Shown piece after piece: positions 34,371-43,870 of a DNA stretch of 64,000 bases. Both the position numbers and the translations under genes were made by a program. Under the pieces are notes generated by a model. The model was not told where the DNA came from, searched no databases, and saw only the letters and a program-made list of their open reading frames with translations. This DNA is from Candidatus Latescibacterota bacterium (GTDB lineage Bacteria; Latescibacterota; UBA2968; GCA-2709665): positions 704,001-768,000 of the forward strand of contig OZ220733.1 in NCBI GenBank assembly GCA_965116875.1, read 5' to 3'. Within the stretch, counting starts at the first letter, position 1. Every line of letters starts with the position of its first letter.

Positions 34371-34720
34371 GATCTATATCCTTAACGTAGACAACCGCAC
34401 AATGTCAATCTCGGCGAAAATCACGATAGATGGTCGACGCTACGTGTTGGATTGCTGTGAAAGCTTGTCAAGGCACCCTTGCACGAAGGGCAGACCGTAG
34501 TAGAATAACGCTTTGGCCGCGATAAATCGCGAGGCCCAGGGTCAAGCGAGACGAGACCGTATCCCTTGGAAATCTCGATAAATGCACGAAACTCCAATCA
34601 CGATTGAAACCCAAGGATCTCTGTTGACAAACTTTACACGACTTTGGTCCAAATATATGTCATTTAATGGGCGAAAGGCAACCCCGTTTCTTTCATGTAC
34701 TTTGATTGACCGCTACCCAC

Positions 34721-34975
34721 TCAAGTGTCGAACAGTTCGCGCAGCCAGGCATTGGCCTTCGGAGTGCCGTCGATATCGAACACGAATTCCTGTCCGCGGC
34801 CAACTATGTTGACGTATACCCACGGGCCTCGGCGGCGCCAACGTTTCTCGTCACGCTCGAACCAGCGCACGTCGGACATTTCCTCATCGTCCATCCGTAT
34901 GGTGGTGGTTACAGCGTCCGCCATGCACCCGATCATGAGCGAACAGGGAAACGGCATGGCTGCGAGGAGTGGTTT
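34721..34975 (-). pseudogene. Chimeric remnant: NudC-like fragment fused to the 3' end of an Nmad3 homolog
   Basis: SQP(W)PFPCSLMIGC..EMSDVRWFER (NudC motif, 1-nt deletion) then WVYVNIVGRGQEFVFD; 34721-34840 is 92/120 identical to 37849-37968. Confidence 0.8.
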
Positions 34976-35064
34976 CGAATGCGGTTACGGAAGAAGCGTA
35001 ATGAAACGGAGGCGAGCCCGGTCGGTGCGGACAGCGATTCCCCAGCCTCCCCGGGAGTGGATGT

Positions 35065-35496
35065 CTACGCGCGCAACTTCCGCGATCCGAGCCAGACGCC
35101 CGCGACCCCGATCAGCGGGTTGAGCCAGAGGAACCATTCCTGGTGGCGGGCGCCAGCTGTCGCCTCCATCATCGACACGTCGTCGGGGCGCGGTCCCGCC
35201 GACATATCCACCGGCATCAGGGCCGTCACCACCCCGAGCACGAGTACGACGGCGATTAGAATCGTGGCGGCCCTGGCATCGTGCGCCACCCCGGCACAGA
35301 CTCGTCCGCCGATGTACGCGCCTATGAGCCCGAGCACGACCGAGCCGAGCGCCCAGCCGCCGGATACCTCCCACGAACCCGCCTGGAAGGCGCGCGAGGG
35401 CCCCAACGTCAGCCACAGAAGCGAGAAGAGTACGAAGAGCACGGCGGCCATGGCAATGTAGCCAACGACGGCGGCGAGAATGTTCCTGAGCATCAT
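35065..35496 (-). CDS. Small 4-TM membrane protein
   Basis: RBS ggagg; MMLRNILAAVVGY...; hydrophobic segments. Confidence 0.75.
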   Translation of the reverse strand: MMLRNILAAVVGYIAMAAVLFVLFSLLWLTLGPSRAFQAGSWEVSGGWALGSVVLGLIGAYIGGRVCAGVAHDARAATILIAVVLVLGVVTALMPVDMSAGPRPDDVSMMEATAGARHQEWFLWLNPLIGVAGVWLGSRKLRA

Positions 35497-35786
35497 GTTC
35501 CTCCCTGAAAATGAGCAGCGTTGTCCTGCGAGGTATGAACCTGAAGGGGGCGCGGACTTCCAACGAGACGTGAGCCTGACGACGAGGGCCGCAACGATCC
35601 TGGAGGCATGATCGCAATCGTCCCGCTGGCCAGGATCCGGACCGGAGATTACGGTCACCTGGTTTCGAAGCGGACGATTCGACGTGCTGCCTCTTTCCAT
35701 TGTTCCGAGTCGTACTCGATTAGCCGTAATCGCTTCTGGCGATCGGAGCGCTCCGCAGTTCTGCTGCAATGCCTGCGCCGCCGTCT

Positions 35787-36311
35787 TCAGCAGGCTGCCG
35801 AACCTGACCCGCGCCACGGCGTCAGACGCGGCCACCAGCGATTCACGTGCAGGCGATAGGTCTCGTACGACCCTGCGAATCTTCGACGAAGTTTCGGCTC
35901 CTCATACAGCCGCACGTTCAGGTGGAACGCGGCGAGCATCACCCCGGCGTACGCCAACAGCCGCGCCTGGCCAAAGAGCAGCGTCTGCCCTGAAATGATG
36001 ATCAGCACGGAGACGTACATCGGATTTCGCACGAACCGATAGAGGCCCGAAACGACCAGCACTTCGGTCTGCGCCAGCGGCGCCGGTGTGCCGCGCCCCT
36101 CAAGAGCGAAACGGGCGAAGCAGTCCAGCAGGCAGGCCAGGCCCGCCACGACCAACGCCACCCCTACCGCCCGCACGCCGGGCAGGCCGAGCAGCGGCGG
36201 CTGCATGTTCCAGCCGACCAGTGCGAACGGGATGACGCCGGCAACGACAGCCGGCGCGAGCCAGAAGAAGACGAACGACCCGACGATCGCTCGCGTCCGT
36301 GTGCCCTTCAC
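35787..36311 (-). CDS. Isoprenylcysteine carboxyl methyltransferase/PEMT-family protein
   Basis: GRGTPAP, LVVSGLYRFVRNPMY, YEEPKL..F..Y..Y...V.RW. Confidence 0.88.
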   Translation of the reverse strand: MKGTRTRAIVGSFVFFWLAPAVVAGVIPFALVGWNMQPPLLGLPGVRAVGVALVVAGLACLLDCFARFALEGRGTPAPLAQTEVLVVSGLYRFVRNPMYVSVLIIISGQTLLFGQARLLAYAGVMLAAFHLNVRLYEEPKLRRRFAGSYETYRLHVNRWWPRLTPWRGSGSAAC

Positions 36312-36373
36312 GTTTCAAACCTTGTTCTGATGGAAGCTGGTCAGTGGTAGAAACAGCGGTCAGTGACCAGGAT

Positions 36374-37705
36374 TCAATCGGCGTGATCCTGTAGCGTCTT
36401 GTCAATCATCTTCGAGAACACCTGCTGAAACTGCTCGCGGATTTTAGATCGAGCCAGGTTTTTCAGCGGAAAGCTCGGGCGACCGTAAGGCCGCTTGTCC
36501 AGATCCACACCATTTATCTGACATAGATCCGACCATAGCTCTTTGCGAGCATTCAACGTATCGAACGGGGCGGCCATGTACTGGAATTGGACGACCACAT
36601 TGCCGTCTGCCTTGATGCTGAAGGTCCACTGCAGCAGTCCCTTACCGTCTGTCAATGGCAATCGGTCGAGTTGGAACCAGATTTCCGGCGGATCGGTATT
36701 GCGCGTCGGCAATCGGTTGAAGTACGCGACCCTGCGGCCACTACCATTGAGTTCGACGTGTTTCCGGTGCGCCCACGCAATCAGTTCTTCCGCGATTCGA
36801 GCACACTCGGGACCCTTGCGGACTCCGAGTTCTCGGACGAATGAGTCCGGATCAACGACCCCGGTGCCCTGAAGCGGGGGGACTCGAAACTCAGCAATGA
36901 GCGGGGCGTGGTCACTCAGGGTGCCCATGACGTTGTGATCAACCCGAAGCCGCGTGCATCTGCGCGCAAGTTCCTCCGTGGCATACAGCCAATCCAATTG
37001 TGTTCCGGGGTTGTCGCCGAACGTCCGCACGTGGCGGCAGTCATCCGTACCGCATGGACAACCCGGCATGGGTTCCGGAAGTTTCTTTGCCGTAATAGCG
37101 AGATTGACGAGCCCGAGTGATTCAATTGCAGACAAGATGGCGCGGTATCGAGGCAGTTCAAGCGAGTCGGGACAGGATGAAGTTGTAATATTGAAATCAC
37201 CTCCCAGAATGACTCGCCTAGCGTCATCCGAGTCGAACAGCGGGATCAGGTCGGCGATAACGCGGAACATCCTTGTTTGGGCATAGCCGTCATCCATCGC
37301 GCCATACACGCTCACACATGTGATTGGGCCGATTTCAGGTAGGTGGACTCGAGCGACAATCGCAGAGCCGGGAAGGCTTCCCAGCATACTGAACCTCGTC
37401 GGCCCGTAGCGTGTGCCCACGGCATCGATTTCCTCTATCTCCAGTTTTTTATCGAACGCCACTACCGATGATCCCCAGGGCCGCCGGCCAGCGATTTCCC
37501 GGTGTACGAAGCGAGTGCGCGGGATGTCAGACGGAGCAACGCTTTCCTGAAGCAGCATAACGTCAGGCCCGCTCTCCTTTTGCAGGTAATTCCATGCGTC
37601 CTTGCGCTGATGCAGTGTCCGTTTCCAGTGGTCCATGTTCCAGGTGCCGATTGACAGGCATCGTTCAACTGGCGCCGGGTCGTTCTCTCGGTCGGCTGTG
37701 GTCAT
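36374..37705 (-). CDS. EEP-family nuclease with extra ~160-aa C-terminal domain
   Basis: IGTWN, DVMLLQE, ILGGDFN, QLDWLY, SDHAP. Confidence 0.85.
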   Translation of the reverse strand: MTTADRENDPAPVERCLSIGTWNMDHWKRTLHQRKDAWNYLQKESGPDVMLLQESVAPSDIPRTRFVHREIAGRRPWGSSVVAFDKKLEIEEIDAVGTRYGPTRFSMLGSLPGSAIVARVHLPEIGPITCVSVYGAMDDGYAQTRMFRVIADLIPLFDSDDARRVILGGDFNITTSSCPDSLELPRYRAILSAIESLGLVNLAITAKKLPEPMPGCPCGTDDCRHVRTFGDNPGTQLDWLYATEELARRCTRLRVDHNVMGTLSDHAPLIAEFRVPPLQGTGVVDPDSFVRELGVRKGPECARIAEELIAWAHRKHVELNGSGRRVAYFNRLPTRNTDPPEIWFQLDRLPLTDGKGLLQWTFSIKADGNVVVQFQYMAAPFDTLNARKELWSDLCQINGVDLDKRPYGRPSFPLKNLARSKIREQFQQVFSKMIDKTLQDHAD

Positions 37706-37848
37706 TCAATTTCTCCGCTTCGGTTGAAGGGTTCTATCTTCAAGGGTCAGATAACGTCAACGGGGATCGTGCTCGAATGCCACGTGGTTCGTCGTCTTGT
37801 ACGCAAACTGGCGGATCCACCATACGCATTCAAGCTGACGGGCGACCT

Positions 37849-38700
37849 TTAAGAATCGAACAGGCTTCGCAGCCAGGCTTTGGCTTCCGGAATACCTTTG
37901 GCATCGAAAACAAACTCCTGTCCGCGGCCGACCGTGTTGACGTATACCCATGGTTTTCGGCGTTGCCAAAGGTTTTTTTCGAGGTGGTAGCTGAGCAATG
38001 GACTGCCAGCCTGGGGATAAAACCACGACGGCAGCCGCCATCTGCTGCGATTCGCAGACCGAGGCGCCGTCAAGGTGAGACGTTCTCCACTCCCACCAAA
38101 ATGGCCGGCGCCGTTTCTCGGGGTGAGCCCCATAATGTCGAGCGTCTCATTTGCAATGTAAACTGTGTTGTTGTCCCACCGTCGATTCAGATGTGGATGC
38201 TCAGCCAACCACGGACGTTCGGAACGGGCACGCGTCAGATTCCCGATGGGCACGATCTCCGAAACCTGGAGCCAACCGAATAACATGTGCACGTGAGGAG
38301 CGGCTGGGACGTACCGCCATGTCCCCACGTTGGTCGATTCCACGGCCCGAAACCAGCCAAAGAACAGAAACAGGTCGCCGGGCCCAACGGCTTGGTTTTC
38401 AAGATGGCGCTGAGCGATCTCTGCCTGCCCGAACGCTGGCCGCCAACCGGGCATGCGCGGACGGGCGTCGGCGTTTAGATCCGGATCCAGATGGCACCGC
38501 TGGCGTCGCTTCACTCGACCCTTGGTCAGGCACTCTACGATCTGTCCCAGAGACTCTCCACGCCACGTTACGTCACTGAATCGCGTCGGACTTCTGGGAT
38601 ACGGAATCGGCAGAGACAGAGCAGTGCCGTCCGGAAAAATGGGACTGGGTACCCCGCCGTTTACTGAGTCGAATCCCTTACGGCTGAAAACAACTTTCAT
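37849..38700 (-). CDS. Nucleotide-modification-associated domain 3 (Nmad3)-like protein
   Basis: MKVVFSRKGFDS..GGVPSPI, HLDPDL, FGQ, GDLFLFFGWF, FGWLQV, HPH, GRGQEFV. Confidence 0.75.
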   Translation of the reverse strand: MKVVFSRKGFDSVNGGVPSPIFPDGTALSLPIPYPRSPTRFSDVTWRGESLGQIVECLTKGRVKRRQRCHLDPDLNADARPRMPGWRPAFGQAEIAQRHLENQAVGPGDLFLFFGWFRAVESTNVGTWRYVPAAPHVHMLFGWLQVSEIVPIGNLTRARSERPWLAEHPHLNRRWDNNTVYIANETLDIMGLTPRNGAGHFGGSGERLTLTAPRSANRSRWRLPSWFYPQAGSPLLSYHLEKNLWQRRKPWVYVNTVGRGQEFVFDAKGIPEAKAWLRSLFDS

Positions 38701-39125
38701 AGCCTGTCCCCCTTCGATCCTGTGCGGATATCTGAACTCGGGACAAATAGCGAAGTCGAAAAATCCACCACTGTCACGATCCCTGGTACGGCGTGGAACT
38801 CTGTCGGCATCCCTAACCTGGTTGATTCGTGAACCTGTTTTGGGTCGTGCCATTCAGTGGTGTTGTTCATCAGAGTGCAATATACGGATTTATGATAAAT
38901 TCTTAGTCCTTTTCGTTGAATTTCTGGTGAAAAATGTCGCATTTTGCGCCGGAGAGGCCGTATCTGTGCGAGTGTGGATAAAATCCAAAGCCGTTTATGG
39001 AGATGCGGTTCAAACAATCAACGGGAAGCCGATCTGCGGCGAAACTGGAGTCACGGATGCAACTCGATGAGAAACAACAGGTCGAATCGGGTAGCTACAC
39101 GAATAACAGTCGCGGTCAAACTGGT

Positions 39126-39154
39126 GCACGGGCGACCGGCCGGTCGCCCCTACG
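39126..39154 (-). repeat. GTAG-type REP (reverse orientation)
   Basis: gcacgggcgaccggccggtcgcccctacg. Confidence 0.85.
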
Positions 39155-39179
39155 GTCTCCGTGCTCAGACGGATCCTGA

Positions 39180-39610
39180 TTCATAAATCCCCTCGCCTCG
39201 ATCATATCCTCGGCGATCTCCTGTCTCAGCTCCTCTGGCGCCAGCACCTCACACTCCGGCCCTCAGCTTCGGATCCAGGGCTTCATCTCGAGCGTGTGCT
39301 TCAACCTCAGCCGCATCCGGCAACCTCCATCCGGCTCGTCCGTCACGTCCTCCACGCCCGGCCAGTCCGATTCCCGCACGCGGTACGCGACCCTGGCTGA
39401 AAACCGGAGTTCGACGTCCACAGCCTCGTCGCCACCCATGATGCCCCACGCGTGTTCGAGGAATTCGTACGGATCGAAACCATCCAGCGTCTCAAACGTC
39501 GTCTCCAGCAACGTCGCCCGTTCAATACGCTCCGCCTTGAATTCCCGAATATCCCGCCGCAGATGGTCGTATCCGATAACGTAGCAGGCGTATCCCACCG
39601 GCGACGGCTC
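39180..39610 (-). pseudogene. 5'-truncated WYL/WCX transcriptional regulator with internal nonsense codon
   Basis: YVIGYD..IREFKAERI..AWGI..VELRF..WIRS*GPECEVLAPEELR; TGA at 39263-39265 where Trp is expected. Confidence 0.8.
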
Positions 39611-39645
39611 GGCTTCTGCGACTCCCCCTCAAGGGGGGAGTGATT
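39611..39645. repeat. Palindromic element at the WYL breakpoint
   Basis: actccccc-tcaag-gggggagt hairpin at 39621-39641. Confidence 0.55.
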
Positions 39646-39791
39646 GCACCTGCGATCCTGCTCGTGCGTTCATTTCCACGGTTTGGTTTCGGTTGAACTG
39701 CGCGAATCCGCGCCCGGTGGCAGAATAAAGCCTGCCAATGGGAAATACTGGCAGGCGAGTTGTTGACGCTATCATCGGAAAGGCGTTTTTA

Positions 39792-40091
39792 CTATTTGAC
39801 GCCTATTTTTGCCTCATTTGCGGCAATTCGCTCGCCGAAGGAATCCAATCGTGAATCAATCGCATCAAACTCGTTTTCCACTTTTTCTTCCAATTTCGCG
39901 ATTCTTTGAGTCAGTCGATGTTCCAATCTATCTATTCGTTGATTGATTCCGGACGAGAAACTCCATAGAGATCCCCATAGAACCAGCAGAAAAATGGCAA
40001 ATCGAAGATTGTCTTCATTGAGGATTTTACCGTATTGACGCGAGATTGAAGGAGTTGTTTCAGATCGAGCCGTCACGAAGTTTCTCCGCAC
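39792..40091 (-). CDS. Small TM + coiled-coil hypothetical protein
   Basis: Hydrophobic segment then heptad RIDRLEHRL..RLDSFGERI; overlaps protease stop. Confidence 0.6.
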   Translation of the reverse strand: MRRNFVTARSETTPSISRQYGKILNEDNLRFAIFLLVLWGSLWSFSSGINQRIDRLEHRLTQRIAKLEEKVENEFDAIDSRLDSFGERIAANEAKIGVK

Positions 40092-40453
40092 GCTTTCAAC
40101 AGAACCGCCGGCAGCCTTTTTAATTGTTCATTGCGGGGATCGACCTCGAATCCGCCGGACTCCAATGCGGTCACGCCAAGTAGCGGTTCGGCGCGTTCGT
40201 CCCCGTAGACGAGGGTCCCACCAACGACTTCTCCTTCGAACTCCAGTTCGGCAATCGTTATGTCCATGGCAACGGGCTTTCCATCTGCAAGTACATACTC
40301 CCGGCGGCCCCTTGGCGTGAGTCCAATAGCATCGAGGTGTGTTCTCGGTACCAGCGAGTCGAAAGCGCCTGTATCGACAAGGAACTTTCCGGTCCAACTG
40401 CGTTCCGGATCCGCGGGGTTGCGGATGGTTACGTCCACGTATGTCGCACCCAT
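40073..40453 (-). CDS. Clan AA aspartic protease (AF_0612-like)
   Basis: FLVDTGA catalytic motif; LADG; EPLLGVTALE. Confidence 0.88.
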   Translation of the reverse strand: MGATYVDVTIRNPADPERSWTGKFLVDTGAFDSLVPRTHLDAIGLTPRGRREYVLADGKPVAMDITIAELEFEGEVVGGTLVYGDERAEPLLGVTALESGGFEVDPRNEQLKRLPAVLLKACGETS

Positions 40454-40546
40454 TGGTCGTTCTCCATGTGTGAGCAAGTTCTACCGTGGAATTCCTTTAA
40501 CCATAGCTAATTTCTGCGACAGATGCAAGACGCGATGATATTTCAA

Positions 40547-40690
40547 GGACGACCGGCCGGTCGCCCCTACACGCCTGTGGCGCCTGTCCGATAGATTGTG
40601 CGGTTTCCACAGGACCCGGCGTCTGTCCGGACACAGGACCCCGAAGTTTCGGCCTGACTTACGTGGGCAGACAGGAATGTCCGCCCCACC
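40547..40690. repeat. REP cluster (GTAG-type at 40547-40570; gtgggcagacaggaatgtccgccccacc at 40663-40690)
   Basis: Palindromes plus short direct repeat cacaggaccc. Confidence 0.6.
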
Positions 40691-40744
40691 CTCACACAGG
40701 CTTCCTCATCGGCGGCGCCCGCCGTTGCGCGGGCCTCCCGATCG

Positions 40745-41062
40745 TCAGGCGATCAGCACGGCCGTGCCGCTGACCGAGACCATGAGCATGCTCCCGTCCC
40801 CGACGACCTCGTAGTCCAGGTCGATGCCCACGACGGCGTTCGCTCCCTCCTGCAGGGCGGCTTCTTCCATTTCCGATAATGCAATTTCCCGGGCCTGCTT
40901 CAGTTCCTTCTCATACGCCGCCGACCGGCCGCCCACGATGTCGCGAATGCCGGCAAAGAAGTCCTTGAAGATATTCGCGCCCAGGATGGCCTCGCCGGTG
41001 ACGATGCCTTTGTACTCGCGGATGGTCTTGCCTTCGATGCATGGCGTGGTGGTAACGATCAT
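40745..41062 (-). CDS. UPF0145/YbjQ-family protein
   Basis: [51 protein letters not shown]. Confidence 0.93.
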   Translation of the reverse strand: MIVTTTPCIEGKTIREYKGIVTGEAILGANIFKDFFAGIRDIVGGRSAAYEKELKQAREIALSEMEEAALQEGANAVVGIDLDYEVVGDGSMLMVSVSGTAVLIA

Positions 41063-41121
41063 CGGTGTGCCTCCCTGGTTATATTGGCCGTTAGCGGCCG
41101 TATCTCGCGCCGGCCGCTTTG

Positions 41122-41425
41122 ACGAATCATGGTCATTTGTAGCTGTTGTAGACGATCGCAAGCCAGCGTTCGGTGCTCATCCAGCCCTGGCCCCACGACT
41201 GCCATTTCTCCGGCACGCCGGCGGCCTGGATTTCCTCCAGCGTCTTTCCCGCCGCCAGGGACTCCTTGACGAGGTCCGCGCACGTTTCAAGCATCTCGAG
41301 CGCGGTCCTCAGGTCGTCCACCGCAGCGAGCGGCCCGTGACCGGGGATTATACGCGCATCCGGCGGGATTTGTTTCAGGAGAGACCGCACGGCCTCGATG
41401 TAACCCTGAACGTCCCCGCCGCCGC
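41122..41425 (-). repeat. 304-bp direct repeat of the MBL hydrolase 3' end (43951-44254)
   Basis: About 14 mismatches in 304 nt, mostly synonymous. Confidence 0.92.
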
Positions 41426-41719
41426 TGACGGCGACGCTGATGCCGGATGAGCATTTGTTTTCGGTATTGCTCTCGCCGGCGACTTCGTCGACGCAGGCGC
41501 CGCAGTAATAGGTCCCGGCGTCCCATGGCGCGTTCGGACTGATCGACTCGGCGCTCCTGTCGACAGCCGGCAGGCTGCCCACGGCGTCCGCGCCCACTTC
41601 CGTGTCATCCGTGGAGATCGTCGCGTCGGTCGAGTGGTAGTAGCGCAACCACGTAGCCTCGGCCGAAGCATTGCCCTGGTTCCGCACCGTGGCGCTCAAC
41701 GTGAAGGATTGCCCCGGCG
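41133..41719 (-). pseudogene. Frameshifted second CARDB-like domain fused in frame to the duplicated MBL C-terminus
   Basis: 2-nt insertion (agcgagacaac) at about 41730 relative to the first CARDB copy; ...SVAVSGGG|DVQGYIEAV... junction. Confidence 0.8.
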
Positions 41720-43291
41720 TCAGCGCGTTGTCTCGCTGACAGAGACCGATTCCACCACCGGGTCCGGATCGCCGGGCACAAGACTCACCGCGATGCCTAT
41801 CGGTTGTACCAATCTGGTGACGAGGTCTTCGACGCCGCTGCCGTCGAGGTTGGAACGCCGGATCTGCTTCATGCTCGCATCCGTCCAGTACATCTTGGCG
41901 CCGTCCAGGTCCAGCGCGATGCCTTGCGGGTTCCCCATTCCGGTGACGAGGTCTTCGACGCCGCTGCCGTCGAGGTTGGAACGCCGGATCTGCTTCGTGT
42001 TCGCATCCGTCCAGTACATCCTGCCGCCGTCCACGTCCAGCGCGATGCCGAATGGCGCCACCAACCCGGTGGTGACGAGGTCTTCGACGCCGCTGCCGTC
42101 CAGGTTGGATCGCTGGATCTTGTCCGTGGAATTATCCGTCCAGTACATCTTGCCGCCGTCCACGTCCAGCGCGATGCCAAACGGTTGTCCCCACGGTCGT
42201 TGTGCAGTTAGGTCGACGAGGTCTTCGATGCCGCTGCCGTCCAGGTTGGATCGCTGGATCTTGCGCCTGCCCCGATCCGTCCAGTACATCTTGCCGCCGT
42301 CCACGTCCAGCGCGATGCCTATCGGTTGTACCAATCTGGCGACGAGGGCTTCGACGCCGCTGCCGTCCAGGTTGGATCGCCGGATCCTGCCCTCAGAGGC
42401 CGTCCAGTACATCTTGCCGCCGGACACATCCAGCGCGAGGCTCCATGAAATCCTCGATTCAGTGACGAGGTCTTCGACGCCGCTGCCGTCGAGGTTGGAA
42501 CGCTGGATCTTACCCGTGCCATGGCCATACTCCGTCCAGTACAGCTTCCACACACGCGAAGCCGGGTCAGGCGTGACGGTTACCCTCACGGCACGGGAGC
42601 AGTTGTAGCCGGTATTGCTCTCGCCGTGGACGTTGTCGACGCAGGCGCCGTAGTACCGGGTCCCGGCGTCCGACGGCGCATTCAGGCTGATTGATTCGGC
42701 GCTCGTGTCGCCCGCCGCCAGGGCGTCCACGGCGTCCGTGCCCACTTCCGTGTCATCCGTGGAGATCGTCGCGTCGGACGAGCGATAGTACCGCAACGTC
42801 GTGGCCTCCGCCGCGGCCGTTCCCTGGTTGCGTACGGTTGCGCTCAAGGTGAAGGATTGACGGGGCGTCAGGGTGCTGTCGCTGACCGAGACCGACTCCA
42901 CGACCAGGTCCGCAGGGCTGCCGGACGGCGGCGTACCGCCACCCGAGGGCGGAACCCGGCTGCCGAAGGCGCCGGCAAAGATCACAAAATCGGAAAAGCC
43001 CACGGCCCCATCGCCATCCAGATCGAATTGCCAACGGTATCCGGAATCGCCTTCCGAAGTTCCGAAACCGCCCGCAAAGAGCACAAAGTCCGCAAAACCG
43101 ACCGTGCCGTCGCCGTCGAAGTCCGGCGACACAGCGCGCGCGGCGTATGCCCGCGTGGCGCCCCTGGTTGCGCCATCATCCAGGCTGGCGCCCAACTCGC
43201 CGCCGGCAATCAGGTCGGTCGACAAATCCGCGCCTGAAATCACGAAAACACACAGAGCAGCATTCAGCAACGTGCGCTGTAGCGAAATCAT
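41720..43291 (-). CDS. Secreted protein: dockerin/EF-hand-like + CARDB-like + six LDL-receptor class B (YWTD) repeats
   Basis: Signal peptide; DFDGDGTVGFADF and DLDGDGAVGFSDF; DLVVESV..TVRNQG; repeats of ALDVDGGKMYWTD..IQRSNLDGSGVEDLV. Confidence 0.85.
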   Translation of the reverse strand: MISLQRTLLNAALCVFVISGADLSTDLIAGGELGASLDDGATRGATRAYAARAVSPDFDGDGTVGFADFVLFAGGFGTSEGDSGYRWQFDLDGDGAVGFSDFVIFAGAFGSRVPPSGGGTPPSGSPADLVVESVSVSDSTLTPRQSFTLSATVRNQGTAAAEATTLRYYRSSDATISTDDTEVGTDAVDALAAGDTSAESISLNAPSDAGTRYYGACVDNVHGESNTGYNCSRAVRVTVTPDPASRVWKLYWTEYGHGTGKIQRSNLDGSGVEDLVTESRISWSLALDVSGGKMYWTASEGRIRRSNLDGSGVEALVARLVQPIGIALDVDGGKMYWTDRGRRKIQRSNLDGSGIEDLVDLTAQRPWGQPFGIALDVDGGKMYWTDNSTDKIQRSNLDGSGVEDLVTTGLVAPFGIALDVDGGRMYWTDANTKQIRRSNLDGSGVEDLVTGMGNPQGIALDLDGAKMYWTDASMKQIRRSNLDGSGVEDLVTRLVQPIGIAVSLVPGDPDPVVESVSVSETTR

Positions 43292-43870
43292 CTCAAAGCC
43301 TCACTGGTATCGACTGCGATGTGACTCTGCGGCGTGCCCGGCGCTTAGGCAGATCGTTGTCTATGACTGCGATGAACCGACGCCGGAGTGTGGAATTTTT
43401 GTTGAGTAGGTAGTCATTCTTTCCCCATCCAGCTTTCTGGCATTTCATACCGAGTTATTAGATCATGGGGAAGGTGTCCGGGCACTCGTTTCCGAACCGG
43501 CCTGCCAGGTTTAGCGTTTGTCTCTTGGTTTGGCGCCAGACCGTGCAAAAACTCTCAGACCCTTTGCGTGCGGGGCAGATCGTCCGTAAGACGTGTCACT
43601 GCTCAAGGCGAGGTCGTTGCGAAGGCCCAGTTATCGGTGCGGCGTTCGAGCAGTCTTTTGCAAGCCTTTGTGAATCGGCCAGAGAAGTGCCTCATCTGGC
43701 GGCTAATCCATTGTCTGACGGGTAAGTCGCTGCCGGGTGAGCTGTTCAGGAGACGGCGTTAACATTTCGGGTACACCGACGAGGTTGAAGGTGCGCTTGA
43801 TATTGTAAGCAAGACTCATCCAAGAAAACTCGGATTTGACCAAAAAAGATCCTTTCGCTTCACTTACAGA

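Noticed and set aside
34635-34685. Possible fourth copy of the 93-bp element
   Set aside because: Only about half the positions match over ~40 nt; cannot be distinguished from chance by eye
32337-38700. Classical integron cassette array
   Set aside because: No intI gene and no canonical attC ends seen between the genes
39263-39265. In-frame TGA in WYL as Sec or a reassigned Trp codon
   Set aside because: The position corresponds to Trp, the gene is already truncated, and many intact genes end in TGA; simple nonsense mutation
41770-42550. Regular repeats resembling a CRISPR array
   Set aside because: In-frame coding YWTD repeats without unique spacers; no cas genes
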